A program made the translations under genes and the position numbers. Below the pieces are notes generated by a model, which saw only the letters and a list, made by a program, of their open reading frames with translations, ran no database searches and was not told the origin of the DNA. From a virus: a stretch of 40,511 nt of DNA. How positions within the stretch are numbered: position 1 is the first letter of the stretch; every line of letters starts with the position of its first letter. The stretch spans positions 1-40,511 of the IMG/VR virus record IMGVR_UViG_3300030118_006020. One strand, 5' to 3'. Of the stretch, positions 35,265 through 40,511 are shown in pieces.

Positions 35265-35896
35265 TCTTCGTCGTGCGCGTAGAAAAAGTAGGGACTGTTG
35301 CCATACGTGCGGTCAACGTCCTCGCTTGAGAGCTGGTCTTTGAGTATCTCAAACCTTGGCGGATTTTCTTTCTCATACGGAATAACAAAGTCTGCATTAT
35401 GCCAGCGCAATAGATTATTAGGCTGCACACAGTAATTACCGTCATCCAAAGCAATTAGATGGAAGCATTTGCTGTCTTGATCGTTGCTGTACCCAACGTT
35501 TAGCTCGTTGAGATCTCCCTCATAATCATCAATTGTTGTTATATAGTGACCACTACGCCATTGTTTGTCTCTACAGAACACGTCAGCCCGCTTGTTCTGC
35601 AGGAATGCAAACGTAGTAACAGCAATATTATTGCTCTGACAGTCCCATGTCTGAAGCATTTGCAGCCGACGCTCCTCGTCTTCGTCAAGCCGGTCGTACT
35701 CCAAGCTATGCACAAACGCAGATATCGGCATATTCCAAATTGTTGCGCCGAACTTGCTTAGAAAGTGGAAATGGAGCGGTCTATTCAGCATAGACTTTAC
35801 TCCAAATAAATAACCAGGCACATCTTCATCCATGCCTACAAATTCTTTTCTTATATAACACTGCAAATAGGGGATATTTGCGTTTAGTTGTCCCAT
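35261..35896 (-). CDS. Hypothetical protein (211 aa), last gene of the right-end operon
   Basis: ORF with an AGG-type SD. Its stop overlaps the terL stop in a shared CTAG. Confidence 0.55.
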   Translation of the reverse strand: MGQLNANIPYLQCYIRKEFVGMDEDVPGYLFGVKSMLNRPLHFHFLSKFGATIWNMPISAFVHSLEYDRLDEDEERRLQMLQTWDCQSNNIAVTTFAFLQNKRADVFCRDKQWRSGHYITTIDDYEGDLNELNVGYSNDQDSKCFHLIALDDGNYCVQPNNLLRWHNADFVIPYEKENPPRFEILKDQLSSEDVDRTYGNSPYFFYAHDED

Positions 35897-35901
35897 TTAG
35901 C

Positions 35902-38652
35902 CTACCATTTTACTTTATGCGACCAGTATCGAGCACTGAGCTTGTCTGGACTCGCGTCTTGAGCGTTGTGCCTCGCATAATAGGACTTCTTTCTTGCTTT
36001 GTCTTTAGCTGATTTAGGATTCTTGCCTGCTCCGCGTACACCCTGCTGCCCAAATCGAATGGTTTTGACAGTGTCTCCCTTCTTCGCAACCACTACGTGG
36101 CTTTTAGTTGGGTGATTCGGGGTGCGCTTGGGCTTGTTATAGCCTGATACTCCGATTCGTTCGAGTACTTTGCCGCCTTTTGCGTATCCCTTGACCCCTG
36201 AAGCCAGCCCATGTTTGCTGTATTGCTTCCCTTCTCGGGTTGCTTTTGCTTTTTTCGCGCTCGCAACTGCTAGTTTCATCTTGCCCTTAGCTGTAGATTT
36301 TAGTTTATCTACTTTCTTGCTCGGCAAATATACTCCTTTTCCGCCTGGGCCTTTCTTATCTCCACCAGACCACTTCCATTTTTGTTCTCCCCATTTTTTC
36401 AGAGAGTTGCTCTTGCCACTCGGCTTGCTGCCTTTGTATCCACCGCCTCTTTTCTTGTAGAGCTGCGTTGCGAGCTGCATTGCGCGAGCAGAGTGCTTGC
36501 CTCCCATCTTTGCTTTCGCGTCTCGCTTTGCTTGCTCCCATTTTGACGGGTCAGTTTTCTTAGCAACCTTACCTCCAGCAGCGTAACCCTGGACAACGGG
36601 TGGGTTCGAAGGGACACCGTCTTGAATATCACGAGCCAAGCGTCGAAGGTTTCTCATGTCGCTTGGATTCTGTCTGATATACTCTGCGTTTGGTCTATCA
36701 ATCACATGCTCGCCTGGAGTAAGCATTGCAGGCACAGTATCTGTTGAGCCTACGCTTCCGCCAAACATGTACCCTTTCATATCAGGAACTTTGCCGCCGT
36801 AAGCCATACCCATTCCTGCATACTCTCTGTCAAAAGCTTCTTTTTCGTCGTAACTCATTGCTTCAATCGGATCTTCTGGTATCTCTATCTTCAAATCCGC
36901 TGGACGCATGTCGATAACCTCGTTTCTAAAGTTGCTAATATCATCTGACTTCTGGCTGGCTCGTTTTTTCCGAGTCTTCATATTAGCTGCGCGACGAGAA
37001 GCCAAAGCAGTTTCACTTGCTTTCAGCTTGGCTCCTACCCCTTCAGGCAAGACAAGGGACTCTCCTGCTTTGACTCTGCTTGGATCAATCATTTCTGGAC
37101 TAGCGGGCTTATCCATCATCGGCGCTTGAAACGCTTCTTCTTTTAGTATTTCTGGGTTTAGTGCGACGATTTCACTCAACAACTGTTTTTGCTTTTTCTT
37201 GTTTGATGTAACTGTCTTGACGAGATCCATCACCGTATCGCCAGAGCGAAGCTTATAGCTTCCTGGAGAAGCATCGGCTACTCGTCTAGAAACAGCTGGC
37301 GTTTGAGGTTGGGGTATTGAGCTAGCTTGCACAGCATCATCGTTTTGTTCTTGCGAGAAGATGCCTGTTCCTGTTGCGGCTCTTAAGCCTAACGCGCCTG
37401 TTGCGCCTGCTGCTCCACCTAGAGCAATCGCTTTTGGGGCCGAGTAACTTCTAACAGCAGGGTCTCTGCGTAAAGCAGCTGGTATACCGTCTGCAATAGT
37501 ATCATTGATTCCAGCAGGTAAACCTTGTTCGGCAATCGTGTCTCTTGGGGCAGAAGGAATTCGTCTTGCTTGACCTACGCCATCGGTCCCTCGCGCTTGC
37601 GGAATAGGTCGCGCCTGACCTACTGGGTCCGTATTGAACGGAGTTGCGCGTGGTTGAGGCTGCCGAAGAGGAGAAGACCGACCAGACACAAAGCTGCTTG
37701 GTGTTAAGTTTACCGGCACATTCATTGGCGTATCCATACGTGTTGCTGTATCTATACGTGTTGCCAAGCGTCCCGGCATAGTGCTTTCGTCTATGCGCGT
37801 GGCTAATTGCCCAGGCATAGTGCCTTCATCTAAGCCTGTTGCTAAACGCCCAATCGAGGTTCTTGTGCCTGTAAGCGGAACAAGTTCACCGGCAGATGTC
37901 GCCATGTTTACATTCTCTGGTCGGTACATAGCCTGAGGCATGGTTCTCGTATCTAAACGAGTGGGGCCTCTGCCTGCAATGTTGTTCATTGTTTGAAATT
38001 GCGTATCACGTACACCTGCGGGAGGCCCACCGTAGATCTGTGTATCGCGAATTCCTGCTCGACCTAGATCTACTCGCGTTATTGGAATTTGCTGCGTATC
38101 TTGAAAAGTTCCTCTTGCAAATGCTCCAGAGCCGCTAACTCTTGTGTCGGCTCCAAGGTCTGCTATTGTATCTGATGCAACTTCACTTCCAGCTCTTGTG
38201 CTTGTTCTAAGATCTGGACCTGCACCACTAGCGAATCTTGAGCCCGGAGCTTTAGGAACACCAGCAGGACCCTTTAGCGCTTGAGCAATATCACCTGCAA
38301 TCTCTTGCTCTAACTTGATTGCCTCTTTTGTGCGACCAGCACTCTTCAAAGCTTTGAGCGCAGGAAGAGCTCTCTTCAAAATACTGCTCGCTACAGCTCC
38401 GCCTGCTGGGGCAGCAAGGGCTACGTAATCTGCCGTGTTTAGCTCTTCACCTTGCATAAGCTTTCGCGCAATTGAGCCAAGCTCATAACCAGCTAGGATT
38501 CCGCCGATCAAAGGAAATGCGGTGCCTAATCCAAGCGCAGCTGTCCCTAAGACTGGACCAGCATACGGATCAGGCTGTACAGGCTGCATGTCTCCCTTAG
38601 GCAAGGTCCCGGAGGGAGCAATTGGTTGAAGCATAAAGTCTGGTCGCGACAT
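35902..38652 (-). CDS. 916-aa multi-domain protein: N-terminal Gly-rich hydrophobic segment, internal tandem repeats, LysM-like segment, GYxxGGxV motifs, Lys-rich C-terminus; probable virion-associated/ejected envelope-interacting protein
   Basis: VLGTAALGLGTAFPLIGGILAG. TMPGQLATRIDESTMPGRLATRID repeats. YKLRSGDTVMDLV...LNPE...VKAGESLVLP is LysM-like with an insertion. MAYGGKV, GYMFGGSV, GYAAGGKV, GYAKGGKV. PAMLTPGEHVI. No SD before the ATG. Confidence 0.6.
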   Translation of the reverse strand: MSRPDFMLQPIAPSGTLPKGDMQPVQPDPYAGPVLGTAALGLGTAFPLIGGILAGYELGSIARKLMQGEELNTADYVALAAPAGGAVASSILKRALPALKALKSAGRTKEAIKLEQEIAGDIAQALKGPAGVPKAPGSRFASGAGPDLRTSTRAGSEVASDTIADLGADTRVSGSGAFARGTFQDTQQIPITRVDLGRAGIRDTQIYGGPPAGVRDTQFQTMNNIAGRGPTRLDTRTMPQAMYRPENVNMATSAGELVPLTGTRTSIGRLATGLDEGTMPGQLATRIDESTMPGRLATRIDTATRMDTPMNVPVNLTPSSFVSGRSSPLRQPQPRATPFNTDPVGQARPIPQARGTDGVGQARRIPSAPRDTIAEQGLPAGINDTIADGIPAALRRDPAVRSYSAPKAIALGGAAGATGALGLRAATGTGIFSQEQNDDAVQASSIPQPQTPAVSRRVADASPGSYKLRSGDTVMDLVKTVTSNKKKQKQLLSEIVALNPEILKEEAFQAPMMDKPASPEMIDPSRVKAGESLVLPEGVGAKLKASETALASRRAANMKTRKKRASQKSDDISNFRNEVIDMRPADLKIEIPEDPIEAMSYDEKEAFDREYAGMGMAYGGKVPDMKGYMFGGSVGSTDTVPAMLTPGEHVIDRPNAEYIRQNPSDMRNLRRLARDIQDGVPSNPPVVQGYAAGGKVAKKTDPSKWEQAKRDAKAKMGGKHSARAMQLATQLYKKRGGGYKGSKPSGKSNSLKKWGEQKWKWSGGDKKGPGGKGVYLPSKKVDKLKSTAKGKMKLAVASAKKAKATREGKQYSKHGLASGVKGYAKGGKVLERIGVSGYNKPKRTPNHPTKSHVVVAKKGDTVKTIRFGQQGVRGAGKNPKSAKDKARKKSYYARHNAQDASPDKLSARYWSHKVKW

Positions 38653-38718
38653 ATAATAGAATTAGCAGACGAAACCTGTACGCGCAAACTGAGACGCAAC
38701 ATATTACCGCTGCAGTGC

Positions 38719-38748
38719 TTGACAACGCTTCACGTTGAATGAGTAAAT
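38719..38748 (+). promoter_or_regulatory. Candidate antisense/ncRNA promoter TTGACA-18-GTAAAT with TG extension
   Basis: Perfect TTGACA at 38719..38724 and TGaGTAAAT at 38740..38748. It points into a hairpin-rich spacer, opposite to the flanking genes. Confidence 0.25.
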
Positions 38749-38924
38749 CCCAGACGACAACCACCTCCTTGGTCGTCATATGTCTTTCATCTCAGTCGGA
38801 CATAGTCTCGCCCTCATTCGCTCGCCTAGTCGAATGGGTGGCGGGACACCTTACTGATATTGACTTGTGCTACAAATACAGCTACGCTTTAGATATACAT
38901 TGCCTAGGTGGTTCTGGGCTGTGT

Positions 38925-39239
38925 TTATCCTAGGTGAGAGAGAGCTGGCTTCCCCCCTGCCGGTTCTCTCTCTTCTTTTATAGACTTCAATACTTGAGCG
39001 AGCAGCAAACCAAACACCTGGATTGTTTGATGTTCCATATCTGCTTCGGCGAAAAAATTCAGACACTCTACAAGCTCATGACAGAATGTCTCATAAAGCA
39101 GAGTTCCTTCTAACCGGCTATCAAGAAATATGGTGAGCGTATCTGTATCAAATATGCCGTAGGCATCGTCAGGCTGCAGGTCTTTGCGGACAACAGCGAT
39201 GGTGTGTACACCCAGATTTACAGACCTAGGCACCCACAT
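38925..39239 (-). CDS. Hypothetical protein (104 aa)
   Basis: TGATG overlap with the upstream gene. Contains FCHELVEC, which is not a true HExxH. Confidence 0.55.
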   Translation of the reverse strand: MWVPRSVNLGVHTIAVVRKDLQPDDAYGIFDTDTLTIFLDSRLEGTLLYETFCHELVECLNFFAEADMEHQTIQVFGLLLAQVLKSIKEEREPAGGKPALSHLG

Positions 39240-39487
39240 CAGACTGGATCGCTGCGCCGTTTCTTCGGCAGTATTGGCTTGAGATAGATCAGACCACGGA
39301 CATACGCTCGGTACAGAGAGAACTCCTGGCCATAGTCATCGACAACAACCACTTCGTTGCCAGAAGCCCAGGCATCATCAAGACGAACGAACTTACGAGG
39401 AGACATCGTGCCATCAGGACGCTTAGCTCGAAAGTGAACAAACTCTAATGGCCCACCTCGGTATTTGAACTCTTGCGCCTCCCCCAT
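39239..39487 (-). CDS. Hypothetical protein (82 aa from ATG 39487; GTG 39496 possible)
   Basis: ORF translationally coupled to the downstream gene. Confidence 0.5.
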   Translation of the reverse strand: MGEAQEFKYRGGPLEFVHFRAKRPDGTMSPRKFVRLDDAWASGNEVVVVDDYGQEFSLYRAYVRGLIYLKPILPKKRRSDPV

Positions 39488-39765
39488 AACCTGCACATAT
39501 GGTGACGCCTCAAACTCAAAAAAACAATCTTACCAAATAACTATTTCTCGTCCATTTCATGGGAGCGAAGCGATTCGAAAGGGACAAAGGCCGTAGCAAA
39601 GCGGAGGACTTCAATAACAGCGAAGCTGTTCAAAAGGTTAGAAAACCACTGCGCGTAGTCATACCACACTTTTTGAAAAAAAAGCCTAACACTTCTGTAA
39701 CTAGCTGATATCATTGGGCAGTTAGGATGATATTTAACTTGACAGGTTTTAATAGCCTTTCTTCT

Positions 39766-39987
39766 TTATTTCAACCTGTATGGAAACATCCCACCTTCCG
39801 CCTTACCCTCGCTTGTCTCTCGCCACGTGTCAGATATATCCATAAGTGCTGACACCACACTTTCGTCCTGCTCCCATAGCAGCAACACCTTCAAAGCCTC
39901 TAGCTTCTTCTGTAGAATCAACCGACGTGTGTTCAGATCTAAATCTTCATACCCACCCCAGCAAAACACGCTCTTCCCTTCTTTCAT
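39766..39987 (-). CDS. Hypothetical protein (73 aa)
   Basis: ATG 39987 preceded by CAGGAG. Confidence 0.5.
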   Translation of the reverse strand: MKEGKSVFCWGGYEDLDLNTRRLILQKKLEALKVLLLWEQDESVVSALMDISDTWRETSEGKAEGGMFPYRLK

Positions 39988-40028
39988 ATTTGCTCCTGTA
40001 TTCAAAATCCTTACACGGGTAACTGCCT

Positions 40029-40058
40029 AGTGTACGCTAACCTTAGCGCTAACCACAA
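40029..40058 (-). promoter_or_regulatory. Candidate right-end promoter TTGTGG-18-TACACT whose spacer is an operator-like repeat
   Basis: The spacer contains CGCTAACC-TTAG-CGCTAACC (40035..40054) and the 10-bp palindrome TTAGCGCTAA (40043..40052). Confidence 0.3.
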
Positions 40059-40082
40059 ACACAGCCTCCTATGATACTATGT

Positions 40083-40256
40083 CTAATTATTTTGTGCCGA
40101 CCTCCTACAAGGCTTTCTGAGGCATTTTCTTGTTTCCACGTATAAATCCTTCACTTTTGCCTGTAATCGCACGAGAGACACACTAGCTGCCTTCTGATCA
40201 CCGTTCAAGCTCGACATCTCTGAGGTAACCTGGATTATGAGCGTAGCGGGACTCAT
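40083..40256 (-). CDS. Speculative unannotated 57-aa ORF, outermost gene of the right arm
   Basis: AGGGGAGG-TAT-ATG is a strong SD with a short 3-nt spacer. Product MSPATLIIQVTSEMSSLNGDQKAASVSLVRLQAKVKDLYVETRKCLRKPCRRSAQNN. Below the track cutoff. Confidence 0.3.
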   Translation of the reverse strand: MSPATLIIQVTSEMSSLNGDQKAASVSLVRLQAKVKDLYVETRKCLRKPCRRSAQNN

Positions 40257-40334
40257 ATACCTCCCCTAGTCGGGGTACTGGGGTCCGGAAAATGGGTGTC
40301 CCCGTGGGGTAGGGGGGTTCCACGTGAAACACTC

Positions 40335-40485
40335 AGAAGTGAGAAGTAAGAAGCGCAACGTCCTACTTTGTCAGAAGTGAGAAGTGAGAAGTGCAACGTC
40401 CTACTTTCAACGTCAAGCCATAGCTAGAAGTGAGAAGTGCTACTTACTACTTCCTACTTTATCGAAAGTGAGAAGTGATACTTTC
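40335..40485 (+). repeat. Array of iteron-like units AGAAGTGAGAAGT-N14-CCTACTTT (three 35-nt units plus one short unit)
   Basis: Units at 40335..40369, 40373..40407 and 40426..40460, plus a shorter GAAAGTGAGAAGTGATACTTTC at 40464..40485. The last two lie inside the terminal repeat and recur at 1..60. Confidence 0.8.
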
Positions 40486-40511
40486 AGCTTTCAAGAGTGC
40501 AGGACTGGTCA
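40426..40511. repeat. Right copy of exact 86-bp direct terminal repeat
   Basis: Identical to 1..86. Confidence 0.95.

Noticed and set aside
33100-35300. Invertible (Hin/Gin-type) segment explaining the terL orientation
   Set aside because: I found no flanking inverted repeats at the boundaries and no recombinase gene.
38597-38933. ORFs 38597..38779 (-) and 38739..38933 (+) in the structured spacer
   Set aside because: Neither has a usable SD. One overlaps the 916-aa start out of frame, and the other would begin upstream of the only plausible promoter's start site. The sequences are low-complexity.
38925-39239. Zinc metalloprotease (ImmA/SprT-like) call for the 104-aa protein
   Set aside because: The motif is HELVE, not HExxH, because the second His is missing. 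Context alone is insufficient.
39559-39708. 49-aa basic + strand ORF as a confident gene
   Set aside because: It is opposite to all flanking genes, with no SD and no recognisable promoter. It is mentioned only within the spacer finding.
39671-39726. Canonical rho-independent terminator on the minus strand
   Set aside because: The T8 run is convincing, but the preceding stem is only 6 bp with a roughly 30-nt loop. It is kept as an observation inside the spacer finding, not as a feature.
40335-40511. CRISPR array
   Set aside because: Only three or four units are present, with irregular spacing (38 and 53 nt) and variable internal sequence, and there are no cas genes. The array fits terminal iterons better.
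1-40511. Stop-codon reassignment, introns or inteins
   Set aside because: Long uninterrupted ORFs (up to 1405 aa) under the standard code, with tight start/stop coupling, argue against recoding. The terL, portal and capsid sequences show no obvious insertion with intein or homing-endonuclease motifs.

Overview
The window is one complete unit of a tailed-phage genome: bases 1..86 are identical to 40426..40511, giving a 40,425-bp unit. It looks podovirus-like, with no tape measure or sheath, a tail-tubular-B-like protein and very large internal-virion-type proteins. About 30 small, tightly packed early genes run on the + strand from 261 to 11360. They include two ribbon-helix-helix (RHH) proteins, a PD-(D/E)XK nuclease, a YqaJ/lambda-Exo-like exonuclease, a Rad52-like annealing protein, SSB, an HTH protein and a Dam-type N6-adenine methyltransferase. 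I recognised no DNA polymerase, RNA polymerase, primase, helicase, integrase or small terminase. The rest is on the - strand: a lysis cassette (M15 endolysin plus membrane proteins), a receptor-binding cluster (LamG-domain protein, tail fibre), proteins of 1405, 322 and 584 aa, tail, adaptor, major capsid, scaffold and portal. The large terminase (33246..35264) is the only + strand gene in this arm. The right-end operon (40256 down to 35261) encodes a 916-aa multi-domain protein. Points worth following up: 35-nt iteron-like repeats and a G-tract cluster at the terminus, a tRNA-like T-arm/acceptor fragment, a shared candidate late-promoter motif before three late operons, overlapping divergent promoters at terL, unannotated micro-ORFs, an overlapped spanin-like gene pair that converges into dam, and long structured spacers in the right-end operon. 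All functional calls rest on motifs read by eye and are unverified by any search.
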